From: an uncultured Planctomycetaceae bacterium
GTDB taxonomy: Bacteria; Planctomycetota; Planctomycetia; Isosphaerales; Isosphaeraceae
Assembly: GCA_963833985.1 (NCBI GenBank)
Contig: CAWIAD010000001.1
Location: 1,696,001 to 1,760,000 of the forward strand
DNA length: 64,000 bases
Reading direction: 5' to 3'
Position 1 is the first letter of the stretch. The number at the start of each line of letters is the position of its first letter. Under the pieces are notes generated by a model. It did no database searches. It was given only the letters and a program-made list of their open reading frames with translations, and was not told where the DNA came from. The translations under genes and the position numbers were made by a program. Below, in pieces: positions 1 to 13,200 of the stretch.

Positions 1-470
1 AGCTCGGCATAGAAGTTGATTTCCACCCGGTTGCCGCGCAGGGCGGCGTGTGCCTCGCGGGCCAGTTGCACGCTGGCCAGCAGCAGCAGGCTCACGCCGC
101 AGACGGCCATGGCGGTGGGAACTGCCAGGACGTCGCTGCCAAAGAGCACATGGAACGCCGTGGTCAGGCTGGTGCCGACGAACATCGCCAGCGCCACGTA
201 GAGCAGCGTGAGCGACTGGCGGATGCGGTCATTGCGCGCGATGAGGTGATCGAGCACTTCCGTGACGTGGTCAAGCCTCTCCGCCGGGAAGTCGAGATCG
301 TGCTTGCCACGGCTCAGGGCGTCGCCCTCCATGTTGAGCTCGTGGATCCGATCAACGATGCGGGCCATGCGGTTTGACGTGGAGATGATCAGCGAGCCCG
401 TGGCCGTCATGAACAGCGCGGGGGTGATCATGGCGGAGAGCGTCGAGTAATCGGGCAGAGTCACAGGCAT
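1..470 (-). CDS. DUF2721-like membrane protein (runs off window start)
   Basis: Manual translation MPVTLPDYSTLSAMITPALFMTATGSLIISTSNRMARIVDR...; hydrophobic segments; absent from the ORF track because no stop lies in the window. Confidence 0.65.
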   Translation of the reverse strand, partial: MPVTLPDYSTLSAMITPALFMTATGSLIISTSNRMARIVDRIHELNMEGDALSRGKHDLDFPAERLDHVTEVLDHLIARNDRIRQSLTLLYVALAMFVGTSLTTAFHVLFGSDVLAVPTAMAVCGVSLLLLASVQLAREAHAALRGNRVEINFYAE

Positions 471-483
471 GAGCCATTCCGAA

Positions 484-1038
484 TCAGAGTGCCGCTTCGC
501 CGGCCGTCCAGTCCGTGCGCAGCAGACCGTACAGCCAGACGTCGTGCCACCGGTCCTCGCGCCAGACCATCTGCCGCGCGGTCCCCTCGAACTGGTAGCC
601 GCACTTCTCGTACACCCGCTTCATGGCCGGATTGAACGTGTGCCCGTTTACCCGGTGCAGCCCGAGCTGGGAGAAGGCGAAGCGGCTGCGCACCTGCACT
701 GCGTCGCTGGCGTGGCCGTGCCCCCAGACCGAGCGTTCGCCGATCACGAGGCCCCCCGTGGCCGACCGGTTCTTCCAGTGAATCGCGTGCAGGCCGACGA
801 AGCCGATGTGCCGGCTGTCCGCATCGAGGATGGCCCAGGTGAAGTCCGTGTCGCTCCAGCCTTCGATCCGGTCGAAGAACACCTCCTCCTGCTTGCGGCT
901 GATCCCCAGGTTGAGCTCGAGGTTCGCGGTGATCTCGGGGTCGTTCATCCACCGCAGTGCATTTTCGAGATGGAGAGTGCGATCGGGAGGCACCAGACGT
1001 ACCAACTTGCCTTTCCACCCCACGATGGCGTCGGACAC
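484..1038 (-). CDS. GNAT N-acetyltransferase, RimJ/RimL type
   Basis: WGHGHASDA acetyl-CoA loop, LGLHRV, YEKCGYQFEG, WHDVWLYGLL. Confidence 0.85.
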   Translation of the reverse strand: MSDAIVGWKGKLVRLVPPDRTLHLENALRWMNDPEITANLELNLGISRKQEEVFFDRIEGWSDTDFTWAILDADSRHIGFVGLHAIHWKNRSATGGLVIGERSVWGHGHASDAVQVRSRFAFSQLGLHRVNGHTFNPAMKRVYEKCGYQFEGTARQMVWREDRWHDVWLYGLLRTDWTAGEAAL

Positions 1039-1147
1039 CGGGCATGCTCCAGGAAGAGGTATCAGGGTCTGTGACTCGCTTCCAGGATGACGCGTTCATC
1101 GCCGGGGAGGTTCGTTTGCAAGCTGAATTTTCGGGGCGGACGCGGAG

Positions 1148-1901
1148 TCACTCCAGCGGCCGGACGCGGATGTTGCGGAAGGCGACGGGGCCGTGATCGG
1201 CTTGCAGCAGAATCGGGCCTTTGCGCACCTCGGGCAGCTTCCAGGCGTGGCCGGTGGGAGTCTTCAGCTCCAGGTCTTCCTGCACGACCTGCCCGTTCAG
1301 GACCACTTTCACGAACCGGGCGTTGGCCGTCTTCTTCTTGCCCGAGGCGTCAAACCGCGGGGCCTTGAATGTGATGTCCAGCGTCTGCCACTCGCCGGCC
1401 GGCCGTGCCGCGTTCACGCGGGGAGCCGCGCCGTCGTCCAGGTAACGGTAGCGTGGCAACAGCTCTGCGCGTGGGTAGACGCCCCCACAATCGCGTCCGG
1501 TGAGCTTGGTAGCGGCCTGGCTATCCACGATCTGGATCTCGTACAGCCCTTCAAGCTTCACACCCGAGTTCGACCGGCGGGGAATGAGGAACTCGAAATG
1601 TGCCTCGACATCTCCGAAATCCTGCTTCGAGAGCAAGTTCCGGGTGCGGCCATTCGCTCCATTGATGATCACCCCGTGGCCGCTGACCGGTAACAGTCGG
1701 GTCGGATCTTGCGGATTGATGCGGGCGTCGCCGGCAAGGATCCAGGCGGCCGCGGGACCTTGCCACGCCGCCAGTTCCTGATCGCTCACGAGCGCGATCC
1801 AGCCGGGCTCCTGCGCCCGCCGGTGGCCAGGCCGCGAGCGTCAGGAGCAGAGCCGAGAAGAGCAATAAACCAGGGACGGTTGTGCGCACGTGCTGGCTCA
1901 T
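1148..1901 (-). CDS. DUF1080 / 3-keto-disaccharide hydrolase family secreted protein (frameshift near 1800)
   Basis: SNSGVKLEGLYEIQIVDS, GEWQTLDITF, GPILLQADHGPVAFRNI; signal peptide MSQHVRTTVPGLLLFSALLL lies in an adjacent frame. Confidence 0.8.
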
Positions 1902-1924
1902 TTCGATCATCCCCCGCAAGAACG

Positions 1925-3377
1925 TCATGCCTCGGCTTTCATGTGGACCGGGTCCCAGCTCATCACCTTGCCGGTGCGGAGGCTGTCGTTGCAGAGCAGC
2001 GCCGGGGCGGCGGCGCGAAGGCCGAAGGTGGCGTTCTCGTAGACCGGTTTCTTCTCGCGCAGGGCCGTGAAGAAGTGGACGAAGTGGTCGTACCGCTCGT
2101 CGTAGCCGGGCGGAACGGTGAACTTCTCGGGCCAGCTCATGTGCGAGGCCGTGTTCCGTGGCGGGGGCGGCTCCAGCCGTAGCGTCTGCTCGAGTTGCTT
2201 CTGCATGGCGTTCGAGAACGTGGTGACGGAGTTATACCCCTTGAGCACGGCCTCGCGAGTGGGCTGGGTGATGCCGGTCCGCCGCAGCGTGAGCTCGGTG
2301 AAGTTGACGTGAATCACGCCTTCGCTGCCCACGAAGCGGAAGAGCGTGTCGCCGCCCCCGCCGTCCTCGAAATTGCACTGAAGAGCCAGCGTGAAGGCCG
2401 GATGGCGCTCGGTTTCGGGATAGTCCAGCAGCCCCATGATCAGGTCGTAGACGTCGCGGCCGTCCTTCCAGTAGCGCTGGCCGCCGGCGCCAAAGATCCT
2501 GGTCGGCCCCAGCGCCGGTGGCATGGTGGATGCCGGTGAGCAAATGCACGAACAGGTCGCCGGCCACCGCCGTGCCGTAGTCCTGGTAATTGCGCCAGCG
2601 GAAGAACCGCACGGCGTCGAACGGGCGTTTCGGGGCGGAGCCGAGGAAGCGGTCCCAGTCGACGGTCTGGGGCGAGGCGTCCGGCGGAATCGTGTACTGC
2701 CAGGCTCCGATCGCGGAGTTGCGGTTGTAGCGTGCCTCCACCGAGTTGATGGCCCCGATCGCGCCTGACCGGATCAGCTCGCGGGCTTTCTCGTAGATGA
2801 GCGAGCTGGCGAACTGGCTGCCGACCTGGAAGGTGGCGCGGGTCTGCTGCTCGGCGGCGATGATCTCCGCACCCTCGGCGATGAGCCGCACCATGGGCTT
2901 CTCGCAGTAGACGGCCTTGCCGGCCTGCATGGCGTCGATCGCGATACGCGCGTGCCAGTGATCGGGAACGCACACGAGCACAGCGTCCACATCGGGCCGC
3001 GCGAGGATCTCGCGATAGTCGACGTACGCGGTGACCTGGTCACCGAAGACCTCGCGCGCATGCACGCGCCGGCCCTCGTAGAGGTCGGCCACGGCGACAA
3101 GCTCCGTGCCCGGCACCTTGAGCGCCGTCTTCGTGTCGATGAAGCCGATGATGCCCATGCCAATGGTGGCAATCCGCACCCGGTCGTTGGGCCCGGGCGC
3201 CGCGGCCGCGGGGCCGGGGGCTGCACGCGACCAGCCCAGCTCGAAGCTGTTGCCCCCGCGGGCCGTGGTCGCGACGGCCGGCAAGCCGGAGGCCACGGCG
3301 GCTGATTTCAGAAACGCCCGCCGCGAACCACCTGGCTGCCGGGCGGGCTGATCGTGGGACTGATCCGGCGTCGACAT
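1925..3377 (-). CDS. Gfo/Idh/MocA oxidoreductase with Tat signal (frameshift near 2520)
   Basis: SRRAFLK Tat motif, IGMGIIG, PDHWH, CEKP, GDLFVH; C-terminal half is in ORF 1925..2524. Confidence 0.85.
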
Positions 3378-3623
3378 GGCCTGCTCCCAGTTAGAGAATG
3401 GTGAACTCGAGCGATCCCGGCGTTGCCCGGTCACGGTCCAGGATACCTGACCGGCCCGGCTCCGGGGAGCAGCGACTCCGAAGACCCGCACCGGGAAGTT
3501 CGGGCCTCGACTGGCGCCTGACCGCATCCGCTCGATTGTAGAAGCTGCGGCCCGGTGTGCGTGCAAGTGATCTGAACGGGCGCCTTCCCCGGCCCCGGCC
3601 GTGAGGCTGACCATGATGCCGCG

Positions 3624-6512
3624 TCATCGGCCTGGCGGCTCCGGCAGCGGGTCGCCTTGCGAGTCGAGCAGGATGATGGAACTGGCGTAGCGAGAGCGGC
3701 GAAGCTGGGGCTCGATCCAGGCCCGATCGCCGACGATCAGGACCTTCGTTTTCAGGGGAGCGAGGTATCGCCCGGCCACCCGGAGGGCTCCGTCCTCGGT
3801 CACTGCGGCGAACGAGCGCAGGTCCCTGGCCCACTGACGGCCCGGCATGCCGTGAGCCACCAGTTCGGCAGCCTCCGTGGCGACGTCGCTGCTACACTCG
3901 AAGCGAAAGAACCAGTCGGGTACCATGTTTTCATTGATTGCTTGAATGGATTGGTCGGTGATCGGATCGGGGCCCGTCATACCGTCCATCACTTCGAAGA
4001 TGATATCCAGCGCGGCCGTGGTATCGAGCTTGTGAACCGGGCTCCTGAGGATCCATGGGGCGTTGTCGTTACGCCGCAGCAGGAAGGCATCGAGATCGTA
4101 CGAAGTGCCCTTCTTGTCGCGAAGCTGGGTGGCAAGCCGGCCCTCCAGCTCCTTGAGCAGGATCTCCAGGCCGTAACGCGCACTTCCCGTCACGGCCGGA
4201 CCAAGCCGCCCGACGGCCACGACAGACTGTTCCGCGCCCGGCGAGTCGATCAGGTAGATCGCCCGGCCGACGGTCGCGGGAGGAACCAGGAGAGGCACCG
4301 GCGCCTTGGGAATCGGGCCCTGCGCCGACTTGCCGAATCGCGTCTCGAGCGCCTTCACAATTGCGTCCGCCGACACATCGCCCACGACCACCAGGGCCGC
4401 GTTGCCGGGTACAAGATGCTGGCGGTAAAACGAGATGACATCCTGGCGGGTCACCGATCGGACCGAGTCCGGTGTTCCGAGATACGGCCGAGCATAGGGA
4501 TGTTCGGAATGATAGAGCAAACGAGAGAAGACATCCTGAGAAACATCCTTGGGATCGAGGCTCCGCGTTTCCTGCAAGGCGCGCGAATCCTGCTTGAGCC
4601 GTTGCAATTCCTTGTCGGGGAACGACGGGTTGAGGATCACGTCCGCGTACACGTCGAGTGCCTCCTCGAGGCGCCTGGTCGCGGTGGTCAGAGTGACGCT
4701 GCTCGACTCCAGCAGTCCTTGCCAGCTCAAGGTCGAGCCTGTCTTGAGCAGGTCAGTGTCGAGTTGCAGGGGGCTCCGCGACGTTGTGCCGCGTGTGAGC
4801 AGGCCCATGGCGAATGAATCGAGGCCTTCCTTGCCCCGGGGCGTGGAGGTCTCGCCGGACCTGACCACCAGCTTCAAGACCACCTGAGGCAGATCGTGCC
4901 GCTCGATGATGCGCACTTCCAGCCCGTTGCTGAGCCGGCGCGTCTGCGTCACGGGCGGAACGAAGGGAGGCGTTGGCGGGCAGTCGGGCGGGATCGAGCG
5001 GTCGAAGGGCTCGTGGCGTGGGACTGGCCGGGGAGCAGCCGGATGATCGGGCTGGCGGGGATCCCGGTCGTCGTCGTACGGGGTCATCGTGCGCTCGCCC
5101 GGCAAGACGTCCAGCTCGATCCGCGCGTTGTTGAGATACTGCCGCGCGACCCGCACGACATCGGCCGGTGTGACCGCGAAGACCTTCCGCAGCACCGAGC
5201 GGTAGGCGAGAGGATCTCCGCACGCGGCGACGTAGTCGTTGAGATCACGGGCTCTCGCGGTGAGCGGCTCCAGGTGCTGCATCAGAAAATTGCGCCGCTC
5301 GAGCCTGGCTATGCGGACTTCGTCCTCGGTGGGGCCCTCCTTCTTGAGCCGCTCGATCTCCGCATCCACGACCCGCACCAGCTCGTCGAGCTTCCCGCCA
5401 CCTCCCGCGGTCGCGGTGATGTCGATCTCGAACCTCCCGGCCAGCATCCGGGTGGGATGCGATGCGCTGACTTCCGTGGCGATCTGCCGGTCGTCCATCA
5501 GCGCGCGGAAGAGGCGGCTTCCGTGCGACCATCCGCCCAGCACTGAGCTCAGCACGTCGATGGCCGGCTCGTCGGGATGGTAAGCGGGCACGGTTTGCCA
5601 GACCAGGTACACGCGCGGCAGGTAGATCCGGTCCCTGAGAGTGATGCGGCAAGGCTGAATGGGAGCAGAAATGTGCGAGGTTGGCTTCGCGGGCGCATCG
5701 GCCGGGCTCAACCCGCCGAAGTATTTCTGGATCCAGCGCCTGGTGAGAGCGGGCCGGAAGTTGCCGGCAATGCACAGAAATGCGTGATTCGGCGCATAAA
5801 ACCTTCGATAGAACGCGGAGATGTCTTCAAGCCGGGCCGCTGACAGGTCCTCGGCCGATCCGATGGCCATATGGTGGTAGGGATGTCCTGCTGGATAGAG
5901 CGCCCGGTTGAGCGTCTCCTCGACCATGCTGAGAGACGGATCAACCCAGTTTTGCCGGCGCTCCATCATCACCACGCTGCGCACGTTGGCGAGCTTATCC
6001 TCCGTGACGGCCGGCAGAAGGAACCCCATCCGATCGGCCTCGAGCCAGAGGACCCTCTCCAGGGCGTTGCTCGTGACGGTCGTGCGGTAGATGGTGTGAT
6101 CGTTCTCGGTTGTCGCCCGGCCCCAGGCAAGATAGGGATAAATTGGCCATTCATAGGGCTGGTCACTGTGCTGACTCCCCTTGTACATCAGGTGCTCAAA
6201 CAGGTGAGCGAACCCGGTTCGTCCGGGAGGGTCGTCTTTCGAGCCGACGTTGTAGGTGACGTTCACGGCCACCAGTGGCGTCTTGTGGTCCTCTTGCAGC
6301 ACGACCGTGAGGCCGTTCCGGAGCCGGTATTTCTCCACCTTGAACTCGGGAACCCACGGGTCTTCCGCCAGCGCCGCTGTCGCCCCGAAGGCACGGAGGG
6401 CAAGCACCAGCGCAATCAACATCAGCGACGTCCGATACGGCCCGAGCCGACGAAGTGGTGCCGGTATCAAGGCTGCCCCCCTCGATTCCTGACTGCGACG
6501 CGTTCGACACAT
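3624..6512 (-). CDS. M16 (pitrilysin) zinc peptidase; start uncertain
   Basis: GFAHLFEHLM inverted HxxEH motif; two M16 halves (LRNGLTV and LSNGLEV); signal-like N-terminus. Confidence 0.9.
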   Translation of the reverse strand: MCRTRRSQESRGAALIPAPLRRLGPYRTSLMLIALVLALRAFGATAALAEDPWVPEFKVEKYRLRNGLTVVLQEDHKTPLVAVNVTYNVGSKDDPPGRTGFAHLFEHLMYKGSQHSDQPYEWPIYPYLAWGRATTENDHTIYRTTVTSNALERVLWLEADRMGFLLPAVTEDKLANVRSVVMMERRQNWVDPSLSMVEETLNRALYPAGHPYHHMAIGSAEDLSAARLEDISAFYRRFYAPNHAFLCIAGNFRPALTRRWIQKYFGGLSPADAPAKPTSHISAPIQPCRITLRDRIYLPRVYLVWQTVPAYHPDEPAIDVLSSVLGGWSHGSRLFRALMDDRQIATEVSASHPTRMLAGRFEIDITATAGGGGKLDELVRVVDAEIERLKKEGPTEDEVRIARLERRNFLMQHLEPLTARARDLNDYVAACGDPLAYRSVLRKVFAVTPADVVRVARQYLNNARIELDVLPGERTMTPYDDDRDPRQPDHPAAPRPVPRHEPFDRSIPPDCPPTPPFVPPVTQTRRLSNGLEVRIIERHDLPQVVLKLVVRSGETSTPRGKEGLDSFAMGLLTRGTTSRSPLQLDTDLLKTGSTLSWQGLLESSSVTLTTATRRLEEALDVYADVILNPSFPDKELQRLKQDSRALQETRSLDPKDVSQDVFSRLLYHSEHPYARPYLGTPDSVRSVTRQDVISFYRQHLVPGNAALVVVGDVSADAIVKALETRFGKSAQGPIPKAPVPLLVPPATVGRAIYLIDSPGAEQSVVAVGRLGPAVTGSARYGLEILLKELEGRLATQLRDKKGTSYDLDAFLLRRNDNAPWILRSPVHKLDTTAALDIIFEVMDGMTGPDPITDQSIQAINENMVPDWFFRFECSSDVATEAAELVAHGMPGRQWARDLRSFAAVTEDGALRVAGRYLAPLKTKVLIVGDRAWIEPQLRRSRYASSIILLDSQGDPLPEPPGR

Positions 6513-7241
6513 GAGGCGTCGATGGAATGGAATGATGCCAGCCAGAAGACGCGCGTGCAAGCATCGATTAGAGGACAAGGCTCAAATCGAAAGCCCCGGC
6601 TCTGGAGGGAAGGCCACGCCGGTGCTGAAGGGCATGCGGTGGCTCTCGGCGGTTCACGAATGAAGGGTGACGGCGACGCCTCCTGAAATGCCGGTCGCTG
6701 TCGCGTCGGCTTGCTCCGTGGCCCTGGAAGGCCTGGTCCCTGCTGAGAGTTGCTCGCAGTTGCCTTGGGCATCGGGGGGTTCTATGGTTACCTTGTAAGG
6801 TCACATGCGGCCGGCGTGCGAAGGTGCACCACAGGCCATCGTACACCGACGACGATTCGCCGTATGGAACGACTCATCCCGGTGCGGGTCGAGCCCGGCC
6901 AGTCCCACCCTTGACGCTGCAAGAACGTCGGGCGGGCGGCCCGGCACCACGCACACCTGCCCAGAGCGATCGTGCGCGCCAGGGACCCGGTGCCAGGGAT
7001 GGGGTTTATCCAGGGCGATGGAACTCGGCTGTCTGCGCGGCACCGAGGGCGGTGGGAGCGGCCTTCCCGCAGGCGATCACACACGACTGAAAGTCGTACC
7101 GGCTGGTTTCCGGCTCGAAGGCGCTGCCGGGCCATCCGATCGCTCCGCGGCTGGAGGCGGATCGAGGATATGCGGCGTTTCCCCGCCACTTGAAGGTGGT
7201 GCGCCGGTTTCTTCATTTTGGATGAGCTCGAGGCGAGACCC

Positions 7242-10200
7242 ATGTTCCACAGGCAACCTATCGCTCAGCGCACTGGTACGGAACTGATTCGACGACGCCG
7301 GTCCGGACGTCAAGCCCGGCATCGGAACACACTGCACCCGTACCTCGAAGCGCTGGAGCCCAAGATTGCTCCGGCAACGTTCACGTGGACCGGGCTGGGT
7401 GCCACCAGCAACTGGAGCGTGAGTCAGAACTGGACCCGCGTCGGCACGCCAACCAACCCGGTGCCTACCAATTCCAGCGATGTCATCATCTTCCCGGCCG
7501 GGGCTGCGCAAGACGAACGTGAACGATTTGTCTTCCGAGGGTTTGACATTTTCGAGTATCGCCATCCAGGACTCAGGCTACACGATCTCGGGGAACGCGC
7601 TGACCTTGACGAATGGCCTGACTTACAGCGGCAGCGGATCGTCCAGCTATCTTGTCAGTACGACGTACACGGGATCGAGCGCCATCACCGTCAGCAACGG
7701 GCAGCTCTTGCACAGCGGCAGGGTCCGCCTGGGCGTGGACGCCACCATCACGGTCAGCGCCGGATCCCAGATCACCCTGTCGGGCGGCTTGACACAGAGC
7801 AATACGCGGAACCTGCAAATCGCCGGTGCGGGGCTGTTGATCCTCAATTCCACCGCCAGCATCAGCGGTACGACCACCGTCAGCGGGGGTGTGTACCAGG
7901 TGGACGGCAGCTCCACGTCCAGTTCAGTCATTCTCCAGGCCGGCGCGACCCTGTGCGGCACGGGGAGTGTCGGGAACGTCAGCTCGAGCGGAGGCACAAT
8001 CACGGCCGGCGACCAGCCGGGCGGCATCGGCACGCTGCTCGTGCATAGCCTCGCGCTCGATTCCTCATCGACGCTGAGCGCGCAGATCGTCTCGGCGTCG
8101 TCGTACGACCAGGTGCAGTGCGCCGGTGCCGTCTCGCTGGGCGGCGCGACGCTCAACCTCTCCGGCGGCTACAGCACAAGCACGGCTGACCACCTCGAGC
8201 TCATCAAGAATTCCGCGGGCTCGTCCGTGTCCAACACGTTCGGCGGTCTCCCGCAGGACGCCGCGGTCAGCGTGGGGGCCGGATCGTTCCACATCTCCTA
8301 CCAGTACAACGATGGCAGCACCGCCAACAACGTCGTCCTGAGCGGGGTCGCGGCGACGACGACGACGCTGAACGTTCCCGCGAGCAACCCGACCTACGGG
8401 CAGGTGATCAGCTTCACGACAAATGTCATGGCGGCCGGCTCCGTGCCGACGCCCGGTTCTTCAATCCAGCTCTACATCGACTCGGCCCTGGTGCAGACCA
8501 CGACCATCGACGCGTCTGGCAACGCCACGTTCGTCGTCTCGCGGCTGAGCGCCGGCAGCCATACGGTTTATGCCAGCTATCTCGGCAACAGTTCTTACGC
8601 GCCCAGCCAGTCGGACACGAAGTCCGTGACGGTCAACCAGGCCGGACTCACGGTGACCGGAGTGATCGCAACCAGCCGGCCATACAACGCAACCACCACG
8701 GCCTCGCTGGGAACCGCGTCCGCCGCCCTGAGCGGCGTCGTGGGCAGCGATCAGGTCACGCTCGTCACGGCCAGCGCAGCAGGCAGCTTCGATACCAAGA
8801 ACGTCGGCACGGGAAAGACCGTGCACGTTTCCGGGCTCTCGATCAGCGGGGCGGACGCCGCCAACTACGTGCTCACGCAACCCACGGTGACCGCCAACAT
8901 CACGCAGGCGACCCTCACTGTCACAGGCGTGACCGCCTCGAACAAGACCTACGACGGTACCGTGAACGCCACGATCCACACGGACAGTGCGGCCCTCGCG
9001 GGCAAGTTCACTGGAGACACGGTGGTCCTGAACACCAGCGGCGCGATCGGCACGTTTGCCAGCAAGGGGGTCGGCACCTCCACGACCGTGTCGATCGCGG
9101 GCCTGAGCATCTCCGGCCTTGATGCGAGCAACTACGTCCTCACGCAGCCCACGACGACCGCGAACATCCTCGCGAAGACACTGACAGGCTCGATCCTGGC
9201 CGCCGACAAGGTCTACGACGAAACAACGGCAGCGACGATCTCCAGCCGCACGCTCTCGGGCGTTGTCGCGGGCGACGATGTGTCCTACGTCGGTGGCACG
9301 GCGGCGTTCGCCACCGAACACATCGGAACCGGGATCCAGGTGACGGCCAGTGGACTCAGCCTCAGCGGAAGCGACGCAGGGAATTACACGGTCAACTCGA
9401 TTGCAGAGACGACCGCCAGCATTGTCGCCGCCCCCCTGACCATCACGCCCTGGAACCAGGAGAAGACTTACGGAAACCTGTTCACATTCACGGGAACCGA
9501 GTTCGACGTGACCGGATTGATCGGCGAGGACACGGTCACGAGCGTCACGCTTACTTCCGAGGCAACTCCCGCGAATGCTCATGTTTCCGCCTCTCCCTAT
9601 GCCATCCTCGCCAGCGACCCCGTCGGCTCCGGCCTCGAAGACTACCGGATCACGCTGGTTCAGGGGCAGTTCACGATCGATCCCAGGGTCCTGACCGTCA
9701 CGGCCGCCGGGCAGGACAAGGTCTACGACACCACCACCGCGGCGACGGTCACGCTCTCCAGCAACCACCTGGACGGAGACAGCGTCACCGTCGCCGACAC
9801 CTCCTCCACCTTCGCTGACAAGAATGCCGGTACCGGCAAGCTCATCACGGTAACTGGCATCACGATCGGCGGCGCCGACGCGGGGAACTACGAGCTGCTC
9901 TCGACGTCCACCACAGCGACGGCGAGCATCACGGCGGCGGGGCTCACCGTCACGGCCACCGGCATCGATCGTACCTACGACGGCACGACGGCGGCCGCGG
10001 TCACCCTGGCGGATAACCACCTTGGAGCGGATGTGGTGAATCTCCACGACACGTCCGCCAGTTTCTCCAGCAAGAATGTCGGCATCGTCAAGCCGATCAT
10101 CGTGAGCGGCATCAGCATCGACGGCCCCGACGCAGGCAATTACGTGCTGCGCGACACCTCGACAACCGCGACGGCCACGGTCTCGGCCAGGGAGCTCACG

Positions 10201-13200
10201 GGCAGCATCACCGCGCAGAACAAGCCGTACGATGAGACCGATGCCGCAACCATCGCCACGCGCACGCTGCAAGGCGCCGTCCCCGGCGACGACGTGAGTT
10301 ACGTCGGCGGCACGGCCACGTTCGATTCCATTCACGTCGGCACCGGCATTCCCGTGACCGCGACGGGACTGAGCCTTACCGGAGCCGACGCGGGGAACTA
10401 CTCGGTCAACACCACCGCGGCAACCACGGCGGACATCACCCTGCGCCCCTTGACGATCACGCCCAATCCGGTCGTCAAGGTCTACGGCAATACCGTGACC
10501 TTCGCCGGCACCGAGTTCTCGGTGGAGGGACTGCTCTCCGACGACACCGTCACGAGCGTGACGCTCACGAGCAATGGAGCGGGCCCCGCAGCGACGGTCC
10601 TGGGCTCGCCGTACGCAATCAACGCCATCGATGCCCAGGGCACCGGACTGGAGGACTATGACATCCAGTACGTTGACGGGTCCCTCACCGTCAGCCCGAT
10701 CTCGCTCACCGTGACGTCCGTCACCGCCCAGGACAGGGAGTACGACGGCACCACGACCGCGACGATCAACGCCGGCGCGGCAAACCTCGTGGGCGTACTC
10801 GAGGGCGACAACGTCACGCTCGTGACGAGCGAGGTCGCAGGCCAGTTCGCTGACAAGAACGTCGGCGTGGACAAGCCCGTGTCCGTCTCCGGGCTGGCAC
10901 TCGCCGGCGATAGTGCGAGCAACTACGTGCTCGTGCAGCCCGGGGCGACGGCGAGCATCACGGCGAAGGCGCTGACCGGCAGTATCACGGTTCTGCCCAA
11001 GACCTGGGACGGGACCACGGACGCCACCATCGCCACCCGGACTCTGAGCGGCGTCTGTGCGGGCGATACCGTGTCCTACGTCGGCGGAGTGGCGAGTTTC
11101 GAGTCGCCCAACGTGGGGACCAACATACCCGTGACGGCCACCGGCCTCAGCCTCGATGGTCCCGACGCGACGAATTACACGGTCAACAGCACGGCCACGA
11201 CGACCGGGACCATCAGCTCACAGTATGTCCTGGTGCTCACGGCGCTTGCTCAGACCAAGACGTACGGGCAGACCTTCGTTTTCGACGATACGATGTTCTC
11301 CGCGCAGGGCCTCCTGGAAGGCGACTCGGTCACCGTGACACTCGGCAGCGACGGTGCAGTGTCGACCGCCAATGTCGGCTCCTCGCCGTACACGATCACG
11401 ATCTCGGACGCCGTGGTCACTGGCCCGCACTCGGGCGCGTACGACTTCGACTATGTGAGCGGAGCGCTGGGCGTGACTCCTCAATCGGTCGAGGTGACCG
11501 ACGTCTCGGCGGCGAACAAGGTCTACGACGGCACCATGAGCGCGACGCTCGACACGGAATCTGCACAACTGGTCGGAGTGATCAATGACGATCAGGTCAC
11601 CCTGGACACCACGGGGGCAGTCGGCCAATTCGCGGACGCGAACGCGGGCCCGGACAAGGTCGTGACCGTTTCAGGCCTGACGCTTGGCGGCCCGGATGCC
11701 GTCAATTACGCGCCTGCGCAGCCGACCACGACTGCACAGATCAGCACCAAGGAACTCACGATCGACGGCGCTACCGCTCAGGACAAGGTGTACGACCGCA
11801 GCACGCAGGCCACGATTGACACCGGGTCCGCGGTTCTTGTGGGGGTGGTCCCCGACGATGACGTGTCGCTGATCAGTGCGGAGGTGACCGGCGCTTTCGC
11901 CGACTGGAACGTCGGGACGGCCAAGCCGGTGACCATCACCGGGTTCCAGATCAGCGGCGCGGAGCAGTCGAACTATACACTGGCGGAGCCGAGCTCGAGC
12001 GCGAACATCACGGCCAGGGAGTTGCTCGCCACCGCGCAGGGCCAGAGCAAGCCGTATGATGGTACGACCTCCGCGACCGTCACACTCCAGATCACACCCC
12101 TCGCGGGCGACATCGTCGAAGCGAACTACGCGCTCGCGGCGTTCACCAATGGGAACGCCGGTACGGGCAAGGCCGTCTATGTCTCGGGCATCACGCTCGA
12201 CGGACCGGACGCTTCCAACTATGCCCTGCTGAATTCAACTGGCGCGACGACGGCGGACATCACGACCCGGGAACTGACCGGAGGCGTCACTGTCATGGAG
12301 AAGGTCTATGACGAAACGGACACCGCGACGATCGCGACGCGGACGCTCGCCGGCGTCGTTCCGGGGGATGATGTCTCCCTCGTCGGCGGCACGGCCACAT
12401 TCACTTCTATTCACGTCGGCACGGGCATTCCCGTCTCCGTCACCGGGCTCAGCCTTGCCGGCAGCGAGGCCCTGAACTACACGGTTCTCGACACGGCCTC
12501 CACGACCGCCGACATCAACCCGGCCGCACTGACCATCACTCCATCAAGCCAGACCAAGACCTACGGGAACGCTTTCTCGTTCACCGGCACCGAGTTCACC
12601 GTGCAGGGACTTTTCCCCGACGACACCGTCACGAGCGTGGCGCTGGCCTCGAGCGCCACCCCGGCCAGTGCTCCAGCAAGCGTCACGCCCTATGCGATCA
12701 TCGCCAGCGCGGCGCAGGGAAGCGGGCTCGACGACTACACCATTTCCTACGTCGATGGCCAGTTCACGGTCACGGCCCGGCCCTTGACCGTGGTGGCCGC
12801 GGCTCAGAACAAGGAATACGACGGGACAGCCGCGGCCACAGTCAATCTCACGGGCGATCCGCTTTCGGGAGACCTGGTGACCATCAACTACGATACGGCC
12901 ACCTTTGACGACAAGACCGCCAGCAGCGACAAGACTGTCACGGTCACGGGTATCACGATCTCCGGTCCGGATGCGGGGAACTATGAAGTTGTGGATCCCA
13001 CCGCCACGACGACCGCCAGCATCACCCCCAGAACAGTGACAGCCACCGCTACGGGGATCGACCGTGATTACAATGGCACCACATCCGCCACCGTCAATCT
13101 GTCCGCAAACACCCTCGGCGACGACCAGGTCACGGTCACCTACGTGGCAGCGAGCTTTGCTGACAAGAACGTGGGCACCGACAAGGCAGTCGTGGTGACG